From contig NC_087251.1 in NCBI RefSeq assembly GCF_037042905.1, positions 4,590,001 to 4,654,000 on the forward strand: a stretch of 64,000 nucleotides of DNA, given 5' to 3'. Both the position numbers and the translations under genes were made by a program. This DNA is from Lytechinus pictus (Eukaryota). Every line of letters begins with the position of its first letter. Position 1 is the stretch's first letter. Shown one piece after another: positions 25,665 to 38,900 of this stretch. The notes under the pieces are model-generated. The model worked only from the letters and a program-made list of their open reading frames with translations, was not told where the DNA came from and did not search any database.

Positions 25665-26433
25665 CCCTAACTAGGCCGGGCTTTTTTGGCTGTTCTGTGG
25701 CTGGGGGGGGGGGGAGTTGATTCAACCCCCCCTTGAGATCTCGACCGCCGATCACGCGAGCGCCGCAAAAATTTGCATGCTGGTAGTGTGCGATGTAATC
25801 TACAAGGCTGTATGGTAAAATTTTCCAAAATAATGAGATTTTATTTTATATGAATTAATTATGCTAATTTATGCATAAATCATACTTTATGCTTTAATTC
25901 ACTAAATAAAGCTCCTAGAATGCTAATTTTTGGTAAAAATATTCTTTGTAGCAGTCTTAACAATAGCAATTGAAAAAAACTTCGGTTTAGAAATAAATTT
26001 CTTATGTATTTTATTGTTTTATGAATTTCTTATGTATTTCCTTGTTTTTCAACCTTTTGTTTTTCTTTGTTTTTTTCACCAGATTTATTGCACAACCTTT
26101 TTGAAGCATAATTATGCTAAAATCAATTGCTTTCAGCTGTTTAAAGTAAAAATAATCATATCTTTATGAATAAGATGAGAAAACTCAATTTGCATTGACT
26201 TTGTACACAAAATCACGTTTTGGAACAATTTTTGGTCTGACATGCACTTACAAAATGTTGCGTAATTTCGGAACCGCGTACCCGGGCGTCGTAAATTTGG
26301 TCTCAAAAGATGTGCGAGACTTAAAAGTATAAACTCTGCGAGTGGCGCGGTCAAAAAATTTCGCACAGCGGAATGATCGCAGAAAATGTTGAGGGGGGGG
26401 GGGGTTGATTCAACCCCCCCGGCCATTTTAGGG
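25665..26433. mobile_element. piggyBac-like MITE
   Basis: ttca|ccctaactaggccggg ... cccggccattttaggg|ttaa; ggggttgattcaacccc-like hairpin at both ends. Confidence 0.8.
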
Positions 26434-26861
26434 TTAAAAGATACATAGGCTGAGTGATTACCCCCCCAAAAAAAAAAAAAAAAAAAAAACCCTCTGTGTT
26501 TGCTACTTTGGTTTTGCACTTCCTGTGACTGGTAAGTTACGAAGACAGTATTGTACATTTATTAAATGATCTTTTGATATGAATGCGTTTTTATATTTTC
26601 GAAAGAAAATCAATACTTTCCTTTAGGTTTTTCTATAAATTAAGAGTACTATAACTTGGACTCACTAAAATTGAACAGGTTGTCGGTGACAACAGTTTTT
26701 ATCTGAGTGTTCAAAATGGTCAGTTGATTCATCTTACCTAGTAATAGTTTAAAGAATGTTTTATGAATATGTATTTTCATTTTCATCTTTAATATATATA
26801 AACAAGATTTCACTACCAAAGAAATCAAGAAGCATTTCATATTTTTTAACTTTGTACTTAA

Positions 26862-27412
26862 AGGACAAGTCCACCCCACCAAAAAGTTAATTTTGATAAA
26901 AGGAGAAAAATCCAACAAGCAAAACACTGAAAATTTCATCAAAATCGGATGTAAAATAAGAAAGTTATACATTTTAAAGTTTTGCTTAATTTCACAAAAA
27001 CAGTTATATTCACATCCTGGACGGTATGCAAATTGGCAGACTGATGACGTCACCCACTCACTATTTCTTTTGTATTTTATTATATGAAATATGAAAAATT
27101 CTAATTTTCTCCCTATTGTCTTGTGAAACAAAATGTCATTACTCCCTGAACATGTGGAATTACCATTATTTTAACAGTTTATGGTTGAGTCAAGTTGGTC
27201 CTTGTTGTCAAATCTGTAAAAATTGAAATATTGTATAATTCAAACAATAAAAAACAAAAGAAATAGTGAGTGATGGACATCATCGACTCTCAATTGCATA
27301 TCGCCGAGTTGTGCGTTTAACTGTTTTGTGAAAAATAAGCGAAACGTGAAAACGTCATAATTTTCTTATTTTACATCCGGTTTTGATGAAATTTCCAGCG
27401 TTATGTTTTATT
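26862..27412. mobile_element. Kolobok-like MITE with the right terminus lost
   Basis: ttaa|aggacaagtccacccc start; aaatttcatcaaaatcggatgtaaaataagaaa is mirrored at ~27362-27395; homologous to 46294..46985. Confidence 0.8.
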
Positions 27413-30400
27413 TTTCAAAAACTATTCTCAGGCTATTATGAAAAAAAAAGAATCATAGAAGACTTGGAATTTTCCCATGGTCACAAATATATTTGTCTTC
27501 TATTTTACTTATGCATGAAGTGTATTCCATTGTTGTTTTTTAGCATTCCAATGCCTGATAATCAGTGCTGCAAAAGTACATGTATATATCAATAGAACAT
27601 TTTCTTACTGAAATCATAATTATTTAACATATTTCTGTAATCATGTAATTCAATCACATTTTATCATACATATCAATGTATTGTAGCTATTTTGTGTACA
27701 CAATGGCTTTGTCAACCTTAATTTGTGAAGAAGTCAAATATGAGGTATAGACTAATATACAGAAAATAGTGACAAAACTGTTATAAAATTTTTGAATATA
27801 CTGCAGTGTATTGCAAACGAATGTCATAATATCTTGTCAATATTATTGTCATATAATGACATTCTTTTTAGCATGATCAACGCAATGAAAATTTTTGAGG
27901 ACTGCCATAATGTACACATAGTCTTCCATATTTCTGCTCCATATGTTTCTAAGTTTATGCAATGATGTCTTATTGTGCATGGTTATTTTTTTACTTGAGT
28001 ATTTACAACCTAAACCTCACATTCTTTTTCTTTATTTTTTTTTTATTTCACCTTCCTTTGAATGACCTTACCTATCATGGATACCCATTGGGTAGTTTAT
28101 TCGTCATTAATACATTACTATTATGGTTGCCATATTACAGATATTTCGTTATGGATTGTTATTATACTGTCAAATTTCTTTGAATATTGGTTTTCCTTTT
28201 GTCCCTGTATATTAAGAGGGAAACTTAATCTTACTACACAGAAAGATTATATATATATTTAATGAGTGCCATGTAATTAGAGAGGCTTGTTAAGCTAGTG
28301 TCTTTGTTGTTTGTGGTTAACAACATTGTGCTTCCCTTGTGGGGCAAAACAGAATTAATAGAAAAAAAATTGTAACTCGACTGTAACCATGTTGGTTAGA
28401 TTCAAAATACACAGCACTGGTTTGGATTAGAGTACCAACATGTAGCGACATCAGTAGGACAATTATGTGTATGCTGCCATCTGTAGTTGACTTGCAAGAA
28501 CATTTTGCATTAGCCTCCAGTACTTCATCATGTCTTTGATTCTTGATGAAATCAAACAGATGAACCAAAATGTCTTTGTATTTTTAGTTCCATCTGATGT
28601 TGAAATTATTACAGGAGTTGTGGAGTACTAAGAGTAACTAATATTGTTGCCATGCAAGAATGATATTGTGAGTAGTTATACTGAATTGTATCAATATTTT
28701 TTAGCTACATCTTATTCACATGGTATACATTATGTCAAAATTATGCTGCCGTCCAACCAACTTCGTTTTGCCATAATAAACAAAACTACATGGAAAAAAG
28801 AAAGAAAACGCTTGTTAGTTTGAGTTCATGAGAATTCATGCTAATATTGCAGTGATTGCTAAGATTTAAGAAGCGTGTGTGAATTGAATTACACCAGTGC
28901 AATAATTCACAATAGTGTTGTCAATGATGATAACGACAATATGCACTTCAGATGTGCATGTTCTTTGTCATACATATTTGTATTTTTGTATGCAATGTCA
29001 TTAGAATATAATGATTTTTTTTCTCTTGATCTGTTTTCATATTTTTATGGAATAAATACTTGGAAATGTATTATTCTTATACATTATTATTGTTAAGAGT
29101 AAATTATTTTTTGAATGTTCATAAGGAAAACGATTTCTCAAAAAGGATAATATGATCACGTTTTGAATGGATGTTTCATTTTAGCACTGTCGAACATGAG
29201 GTGATCGATTCTTCAGAGGTTAAACATTAACCCTAAATGTCTTAGCCATTTTGAAGTTAAGAAACTCCCAGGTGGGCTTATTACCCTTATTTTCAGCATC
29301 AACATAACAACAAAAAATGGAATCCCAAAATATTAACTAAAATGCTACAAGCCAATAAGAACAGATTGCATAAAAAGAATAATATTAAAGGAAATGAGGA
29401 GTTTAACAAAGACCTTAACAGAAATACAGTTTTACGAACTGATGAACAAACATATACACTTTCATAATGGTTTATAAGTAAAAATTTCTATAGATATGGA
29501 ATTTTCTGTTCTTCCTAGCCAAATAATACTCAATTTTAAAATGAATTACAGTTTGGCTTCTTTTTTGGTCGAACCTTAATTACACCGAGTTTTCATATAC
29601 AAGTGTTTGGAGCTTGGAATGAAAAAGTAGAATTTCAGTAAAAAAAACAACATAAGGAGATAAAAAGCATGCTATCTTATCCGTTATCAGCAGTGTATTT
29701 CAGGAGACCGTGACTTTGCTTCAAGGTTCCTTGATAACCTTCACTCGTCTCATTTGATTTCATTTCTTCAGTCATCCTTGTAATATTACATTGTAATAAT
29801 CCTCTTGGTTTCCTTTCAATTTTACAGGTATGATTATTCAAAGATAATATTTTAAAAAATCCGTCTCAATCTCAAAATGGTGTATGTATAGGCCTTCATA
29901 CATCTACAAGAATCATCACCAATTCAAATTATTTCTATGGATGATGAAAAAGAAGAAGATGATGATGATGATGAAGATGATTAAAAAAAAGAAGAAGATG
30001 ATGATGAAGGGGAGACGGAGAAGACGAAGAAGAAAAGGAAAAAAGACAAGGTAATTTTAAAGAAAAAGGGGCCATTTTGTTCAATTTTCAAACTGACTGA
30101 ACATAATGCCTAAATGCGTTTGATGTCTCACTATTTGAAAAGAGAAACATGATCCGGTATAAAAGGTGTTTGACCGAGGAGACCGTGTAGATCAGTTGAT
30201 ATGGATCCGCAGTGAGTTCTGTCGCCCCTCTCCATTCCAAAACTCTTTATTACAAGAAAGTGGAGTAAGAAAGTCATGGTCAACCCTTCGCCACGTACGG
30301 CTGGATGTCTGAAATGCATCCCAGCGCTGTCCCGTACGGCACGCCACCAAATCATGCGTGAAACACGGGCGGCTTATCTTCAAAGCATCTTCCATCCACG

Positions 30401-31245
30401 TATATCTTCAATGATGTTCATGGGGGCAGATAGATGCGCACAAATGGTGTTGATTATTGCTTGATGAATGGGGTGTACAAAATGGTTTCATGTTTCATCA
30501 CGCGTTCATTGTACATGATTATGCAACAGCCTTGATGTCATATTTCGAAAACTGATGACAGATGAGGAAGAGATTCTGCTCACGGTATTCGAGTTGGTAT
30601 CGAAATTGACAGCAAAGAAATTTGCCATCATTAGATATATTTCTACATTACTGGATAGTATCATCATGATTATCCAAAGACCACAATAGGGACATGTAAA
30701 TCATGAAAATAATTATTCCTTTCCAAAACCATGACATTTCAATCTGTAAATTTGATTTCACTGGGAATGTCATCTGCTTGTGAGATAAGAGAAAGCAAAT
30801 CATTGGGCAAAGACTTGCTTTTGATAATTTAATGTGAACAATTTATTTTCTTATCTCTCTTCTCGCAAAAAAAAAACCCAAACAACTACACAAAATAACC
30901 TTGTCAGTGATAATTCGTCTACCTTGAAATTACAAGAGAAGATATTATACAAACCTCTAAACATGTTCCCTTGTATTATACGGACCTCGAAGTTATATCT
31001 CATGGCTGTTTACATTTTATAGCCTATAATGGTGCTACATGAATATAGCATTCATCTTTTTTTTGTTCATAATTCTTTTATCGATGAGTTTCATCTGATC
31101 ATCGAATTCGTGACACAGATCATGTTGTATACTCATGATTATTAAGACATCACTGACGAAGTTCTAAATTTACTCAACTTTGAGACCTCCATCCAACACT
31201 ACACGCTACTTTAGATTCGTCTCTTTGGTACAATTCAGAATTAAT

Positions 31246-31387
31246 CTAGAGTTCCTTGGTTTGGGTTATGCTTGGCAGGTTTTTAGAAGGATTTGACTGT
31301 TTTTCGGTTTCCATGTTTTCGGAAGTAGACGTAACCAAGGCAGAAAGCCCTGAAAGGTCGTGGCCTGGAGGAGCTTGAACTATAACA
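31246..31387 (-). CDS. Candidate terminal coding exon of a convergent minus-strand gene (VIVQAPPGHDLSGLSALVTSTSENMETEKQSNPSKNLPSITQTKEL*), identity unknown
   Basis: Strong minus-strand acceptor ctttctctcttttctcctcctcctttccctcgttatttcCAG (31388-31429) followed by a phase-2 open frame ending in TAG; no recognisable domain. Confidence 0.45.
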
Positions 31388-32674
31388 CTGGAAATAACGA
31401 GGGAAAGGAGGAGGAGAAAAGAGAGAAAGTGGGGGCGCCTTGGCAATCTAGCAGTTATGAATATTGAAGAAAAAAGAGCTATCAGTTACAGGTGCGTTTT
31501 GTGGTTTACAATATTCTTCTACCAGTGCATAGATTCTCAACATGAACGGCAAAAATGCGACATTAATCATTACCCCAAAAAAGAGTGTGGGGAGATTTTT
31601 ATCTTTTTTAGATATGTTCTTCATCCTTTACTCCTTTGTTCATCTCATCCTTCTTTTTCATCTTCTACCTCTTCTTAATCTTCTTCTTGTCAGCCTCCTT
31701 CATTTTCTTCTCCTTTTTTCGTCGTTCCTTATAATTATTCTTCTCTCTTCAACATCACCCTTAAGAAAGTCTCATCCTTTTATTTTTTTTTACTTCCTCT
31801 AATTATAATACTTTAATTCATTATTTTATGACAAAAGTCATCTCACCTTGGTTGTCTTTGATTTAATCCCTCCCCTTGGTTGGTTGTGTGTGTGTTTGCT
31901 TGTACTTACAACCAGTCTTGCAATTTTATGATTTACACACAACTTTTACATATTATCCCAAAGTCAACTGAGGACGTCCTCAGTTCATGAATTATTGCTT
32001 ATGTTCCCAAAATCATATGGTGTTTTTTTTTAAAGAAATGGTCCTCGGCTAACCAGATTCCTACTGACACAAAAGTCCTGGGTAAAAAAAAAATAGGTAT
32101 TTGCTTTTGTGCGTCTGGGTGTGATGGTGGATGAGGGTAGGTTTGTCTTTTTTTAGTGTTGTGTAGTCGTGTAATGTTTGAAAGATTAAAAAAAATTATA
32201 ATAGTTTTATATAACTGATAGCAACGGTGTCGATCCGCAGAAAGTTCTATTCATCGGGGGGGGGGGGTATTACGTAATAATGCAAAGCGCCATCCCCCTA
32301 ACGAATAGAAAGCGCGAGCGGATCGACGCCCATGACTGATAGGAAGCAATAATTGCTATGTAGGCCTATTAATTCCCACTCGTACTTACATTTAGTTATG
32401 GAATGGAAGCCCATACTTTGGGATATATGTATACAATTCTATAAGAGAGAGAATAAGGGGGCTGGAATTTAATCAAAGGAAATATAGAGTTTACATGGTT
32501 GCCATTCGACTTCGGGTTGTATCAGCTCTTTCCTCACGATAATTATATCGGAGATGTCGATGGATTCTGTATATAAGTATAACGATGTGCATGCATTGTA
32601 GATTCAGTGGCTGCAATTATTTAAAAAAATCTCAAACATCAGTTTTCATATTAATTCTAGCATGGTAATGCGTA

Positions 32675-32916
32675 CGCTGCAAAAACTCCGGTGTTGATTT
32701 TGGCACCAGCCCGGAATCTATATATGTCCACACCAGAGAAGTATTGAAACAACACCAGTTTGGAGTCAAACCAATGCTGTTTCAATACTAATTGGTGTTG
32801 TATAAACACCTATCTGGTGTTAGCCCCAAACCAAACTGGTGTTGTTTCACAATTTTTTGGTGTGGACATATATAGATTCTGGGCTGGTGTAAAATCAACA
32901 CCGGAGTTTTGCAGTG
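32675..32916. mobile_element. Palindromic MITE (CACTGCAAAAA family), copy 1
   Basis: ta|cgctgcaaaaactccggtgttgattt ... aaatcaacaccggagttttgcagtg|ta; near-identical to 53607..53844. Confidence 0.9.
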
Positions 32917-33604
32917 TATATAATTCTATTTGGATATACTCCAGTAACATTTTCATATGTTTTAACTATGCCTCAAAGTACATTAATTTAGATATTTAGG
33001 TTTATTATGTTAAAATCATTATTACTATTCTATTTGGCAATATTCATGGAAACTTGTTCAGAGTGCTGAATGTTGTGTTATAATAGGAACGTTTATCTAT
33101 TTCCCAAGCATGCTGGTTTATGATTTATGTGAAAATCGGCAGTAAATGGATCAATATTTTTATCGAGAATAATATGTTTTTCGATGAAAAATGATATCAG
33201 GAAGATATACTCTGCGTGTCAATAAAAAGTTTACACTTCAAAAAAGTCCTGGGAATTGAAGAATGTACAATATGGGGATAAATATATTATTGGGATTGGG
33301 TCTCGTCTATCAAATGAAAGTAAAAGATTTGACAGAATGTTACACTTGAGTGAGCACTGTCCATTTATTTAAAGCTCGCAGAAATTGGTTTGCGCATAAA
33401 TGCTCATTTTCACGCTATGTCAAGGAAAAGGGCAAAAACAAATTGACCGTGTGGAACATTTCTCATATATTTCTTTTTCATTTTTAGCGAATTTAAATTA
33501 AAAAAATACATTTAAATATATTTGTAACAACTTTGCCACCCAAATTAACATTTAATATAGGGTAAGCACAAACTTTCTTTTTTGTGCCAGCTGGATCTGA
33601 GGAC

Positions 33605-35978
33605 CATGGGTGTCGATCGGTATTCTTGGTTGGGGGGGATGATTGACACAAATGTTCTTGTGGATGGGGATCTTTCAACATTACCCCCACTAAAATCACA
33701 AGTTAGGACATTTGGGAGTGGTTGATATGCATGGTGTTCTTGCAGTGGCGTACCGTGAGTCACGGCATGGGGGGGGGGGGGGTACCAGCAAAATTTTTGA
33801 GTCACTTAGGAGCGCGCGAAGCGCGCTCAGTTGCCAGGTATACTGACCTAATATAGGGACATTTTAAGGACAGTGCCATTAAACGGATATGTATCTCAAT
33901 GCTCAAATAATGCGAGCGCGAAGCGCGATCTGAAAATTTTTGATATGCAGACCAAAAAAGGACATTATAAGCAAATTTTTGTAATCATGATACATACCTG
34001 TCTCGCTAAACAAACAATGCGAGCGCGAAGCGCGAGCTGAAATTTTTGTAAATATTTACCCCAAACAAGGACATGTTAAGGACTATATTTTAGGAATCCA
34101 TTAAGAGTATACATATCTCACCATAGTCATCTAATGCGAGTGCAAAGCGCTTGCTAATTTTGCTACATCTAAACACATGAAGCACTTTTTGTAGTCAATG
34201 TAATCATGATAATACGCATCTCACTCATCAAATATTGCGAGCGCGAAGCGCGAGCTGAAAATTTAGGATATTCAGACCTGAAGAGAGGCATTCTAAGGCA
34301 TGTTTGTAAGAATTCACTAAGACCATACGATACGTATTTCACTAAACAAATGATGCGATCGAAAAATGTTGATATTCAGATCAGAAAAAGGGACATTTTA
34401 AGGACTGATTTTTAGGAATTCATGAAGAGCAGTCATATCTCACCAATCTACTAGTGCGAACGTAAGCACGGACAGGAAATGTTTTATATTAACACCTTAA
34501 AATGGGGCAATCACTTTAAGTAGTAATGAAAAAGAACCATATGTCACTACATAGAACAATAATAAGTCGAAGTGCGAGGAAATATATTTGGTGTATATTG
34601 ACTTAAAAACGTTAAACAGACAATGCGAGTACCGGGAACAATGAAGAAATCTAGGCCTGAGCAAAATAAAGTTATGAAAAAATGTTTCTTATGTATTATA
34701 ACATAACATTATTATAATATAACATTATAATGAACAATAATTTCTTCATTCCCACTACGTTTCTCTTCCTTTCTCCTCTTCCCCGTTTTTTTTTTTGGCC
34801 AGCCGATTGGGGGGCACGTGCCCCCATGCCCCCCCCCCCCCCCCGTAGTTACGCCACTGTGTTCTAGGAATTTTTTTTATTATTGCAGTGTACTGTACTT
34901 ATAATTTTTTTTGAAAATTCAATTTGTGTTACAAGTAAGCCTATTCTAAACTCATACGAAAGAAAAAATGACAAAAATTGTCTGGACCATGTACAAAGTG
35001 ATCTGTTTATTGAGCATGATGTATACAACTTCTCTCTTAAAATCTAACCCGACTGGCGATATCTTTTTTCTTCTTAATGCATGATGATAAAATGCAGATT
35101 TGGACAAATTAAGACTAGCACAAATTACAAACTGTGTGGCTTCTCGTGCGCCATCGGGCTTACCGTCATTCCTTAGACGATTTTAACATGTTTTAAATGC
35201 TTTATAAGTGCATAAAACAAAAACAAACAAAAACAATCGAAACTCAACTGTCATGTTTTGATATTTCTCCAACATTTTCTTGAACCATCAGTGTGTAATA
35301 TCAGCTAATTATGTGTTAAAATGAAATTTACGTACCGCATGAGTGTGCTCATATAGAATGCAAAACTGTCATCCCTTTCAAAACTCAAAAGAGATTTCTT
35401 TTTGCCAAAATAAGAAAGAGCCAATCAAGTTTAGTTATTCAAGTCCATAACAATAACAAGAATAACATGGGGAAAAAATCCGATGTTCATATCCGAAGAT
35501 ACGCTTTAGAGAGAAATGAATGATTATTCTTTCTAAAACCATTAATTGATTTCACTTATTAAAAATTGTAAAAATATGATCATATTACCACTGGTGGGAT
35601 GGAACACCCTATCAACAAAAGTTGTTTTTCGTCGGGGTCCTTTTATGTCATGTGTTAAAAAATATCATATACGTAAACATTTCATTCTTTTTCATCTTGA
35701 ACCTCCACCCATCTGTTTAAAAGTCCTGGAAAAGAATGTTTTTATTTAATAACAATATACACAAATTGCGAGGGAAACAAACTGATTGATGGCATACTAT
35801 AATCATCACTATAATCATCATGATCAAACCTTTACATTTTTTCATCATCATTATTATAAATTTTCTACCCTAAATTATTGGGGGGGGGGGATGATAATAC
35901 AGGCCACCCCCCCACTTGAAATATTGGGGGGGGGATATATCCCCCCATCCCCCCCCCCCCCCGTGATCGACACCCATG
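33605..35978. mobile_element. Non-autonomous hAT-like element, middle of the triple nest
   Basis: Perfect 14-bp TIR catgggtgtcgatc/gatcgacacccatg; perfect 8-bp TSD ctgaggac. Confidence 0.92.
33743..34859 (+). mobile_element. hAT-like family A copy 2, innermost of the triple nest
   Basis: TIR cagtggcgta/tacgccactg; TSD tgttcttg/tgttctag; homologous to 586..1761. Confidence 0.92.
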
Positions 35979-38900
35979 CTGAGGACACAACTGAATGTAC
36001 ACAAACGTTTATTTCAGACATCTCCAGTATTCTTTCACTAAGTATTTATCATTTTAATTGGGACCATATTTCACATTTCATTTAGAAAATTGTTTCTCCA
36101 CACTTTTCCCAAGCTTGACAATGATTAACAAACCTAAAATCAAGCCTAAGCCATTTCATAATGAATCACAGCTCCGTGTAAAGCAGATATTATCATTATG
36201 GCCTCGGTGTGTGAGGAGGGGGGTGGGGCGCAGTTGCGCTCCATGAAGCGTTTTGGGGCAAGGAAACAAGCTAAAAAGGTAAAATAGATCTAAAGTCCAT
36301 GTGTTCGTCATGATTAACGTCTACTTTTATTCACGTAACCATTTCCAAGTTCTGCGCAAATTATATTTCACGAATTTTTAAAAAGTAAGTTGTGCTCACT
36401 TAAGCGGAAGATTTTCTCGACAGTTATATCGTCACTTGCTTAAAGAGATCTGTACCAATGTACTATATTTAAATGTGGAAAAGCTTCAGGATATTACAAA
36501 TATATGATTTTTACAGCATTATTTCTAAGCGTAGACTTTTTTCATACGCACTGTATACATGGGAAGGCTTGAGGAAGTAAAAGATTTTAATGTTCAAAAT
36601 AAAACATCCATTCACAAAGAAAATCGTAGAATTGTCTGAATATTCGTAATAATGAAATCTGTGAGCTCCACAAACATTTCAGTATTTAAACCATTTTAAC
36701 GTGATAATACATAATAATATTTCATAATCATACAGTTTTGCATAAATTGTGAGATATAAATCTATATTCCAGAAATCCAATTTTAAAGAAACATTCACTT
36801 ATAATGGATTTTCATAGATTGGAATCGGGAAGGAATAAACGGAACATATATATATCGTAGAATTTCACGAGCATCATGAATATATTGCGAGTTCAAATTG
36901 TCATACTGCATTTTAAGATGTCAAATATTCATTAACTGCCCCCCCCCCATCAAAACTATTTTATTGCTAGGATTTTCATCTCTAATATCATTTATTTTTT
37001 GCTTCTTAAAACAGCCTTTCGTTTTGTTCATCATTAGGAGTTTTTTTCAGTAACTAAAAAAATGAAAACACGATAATATGCGATATCGTTAATTGCAGTT
37101 TATTCAAAGATTTTGATTAAGCCATCAAATACTGTCAGAAACGTTACGCTACGGGCTACAACCGTCCCGCCATCGACCGCGAGTTCATTGTAAACTCGCC
37201 CAACTCTCTCCGCCCGTCTACTTCTTGTCGTCGCTTCACGCCCGACCATGAAGGCCGCCCCTGCCCGCCTGGGGTTCATCGCCCCAGTCCCACCATCTAT
37301 CGGGGTTACGCCCCGTTGCAAACATTTCCGAAAACATTGAAACTAAGCCCCATTACCTCATTTAACAGCACCTATCTGGGCAAGTTGGTGATGGCGTCAC
37401 CAGAAAGGTCATAAGACTAAATTTAGTGATTGCATTCGATTTGGTGGATGCAAGTGAAGAGAGAGGTGATTTTCACTTTTGCAAATCACAATTCGTGCTC
37501 TTTCTCAAGCCTTCAAGACCCGAGAAAAGAGTGTGTGACCGAGGGTAACCTGTGTTTCTTGATTATTTCCATTAGCACGTTTATCTATACCATAATACGT
37601 TTACAATATTGGAGGCATATTTAATTAGGGCGACTCTTGGGATGATTATTGTCAGATAGAATATGACAAGGAGTCAGTGTTTCTGGTTGTCTATAACCGT
37701 AACATTAACGTTATTTCCAATGTCCTGCAAACATGATTGTATTGGTTTTGACAACGTCAATCTCAGTGCGGTCGTCGAGTGGACAATGTTTGCAAAGAAA
37801 GGGGTCGTGTCCAGTATAAGACGAATATCACTAGTCGCTAATTGGCTTTTAATAGTTGACCAACGTCCAAAGCGAGAAGTGAAAGCACTTGAAGCTAAGT
37901 CAAAACCACTGCTTGCGGCCATATTCACGAAACCACGCCTCACTAATTATACAGGCCGCAATTGTCCACATGACTGCGTTGAAAGCATCTTTTCGATAAT
38001 TTGGCTGTTTTTATTAAATATAAAACTAGAATTATAAAATTATAATTATTGTGATCCTTTGAAATATATACTCTTTAAATAGGCGAGGAGATGAACAGGG
38101 TATGTGCAAATAAATGTTATTTGTTTGTAAGACCTATGATGACGACAAAAAGATGCAAGAGATAGAGAGAGGGAGGGTGTGTATAGTATACGAGGGTTTG
38201 TGTACTTGTGTGTATGTGAAAGAGATGGGAAAGGGAGGGTGTGTGTGCGTATGGGGTGTGATGGTGTGTGTGTGTGTGTGAGGGAGAGAAAGAGAGGAGA
38301 TAGGAATATACCGGTATACTCTCGAAAGAAAAAGCTTTATTTGAGGAAAATTAAAATATGATAAAGGAAAAAAAAGTGATCATGCACGTTGACATGAGCG
38401 TGATGGTAAGGGGATGAACACTTAATTCAAAGGGGAAACGTTGAATGTTATGTATTAGCAATGACAGAGAACCTCATTCAAATACGATGGCGGCAAACTG
38501 GCTCTGTTCTGATAAAATTAACTAACGAGTCTGTCCTACGCATCGATACGGAATGATCAAGTTGATATATACCCCTTTCTTGCATGATTTTCAGCACCCT
38601 CCATTGGATTCATCGGCTCACTCCCAGCTGCTTTCTTTATGGTTCTTGATGGTAGCATTCAAGCGGGGCAAGAGAGAGGAACAACTAGGGCTGGTCGAGT
38701 GACTGAGACCATAAACCCTCTCAAGGTCGAGAAGAAAAGGAAGGAAACCATGTCCAATATGCCTCCTAGATAGCACCCGAAGAATACCCTCGTTGGGTCT
38801 GACACTCTTTGAGAATGAAGGGTATGACTAGTCATTGAGTTGGTTTAGGAGAATGGGTTCAATGGATGGAGGGCCTTTTTTTCTGGGGTGGAGGCAGTCA

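Larger units (their letters stand above)
33210..36553. mobile_element. Tc1/mariner-like non-autonomous element, outermost of a triple nest
   Basis: ta|ctctgcgtgtcaataaaaagtttacac ... gcgtagacttttttcatacgcactg|ta; subterminal inverted cacttgagtgagcac/gtgctcacttaagcg. Confidence 0.75.

Noticed and set aside
29940..30050. Acidic/basic low-complexity (GAT/GAA)n stretch
   Set aside because: Simple repeat with interrupting stops and no exon support.
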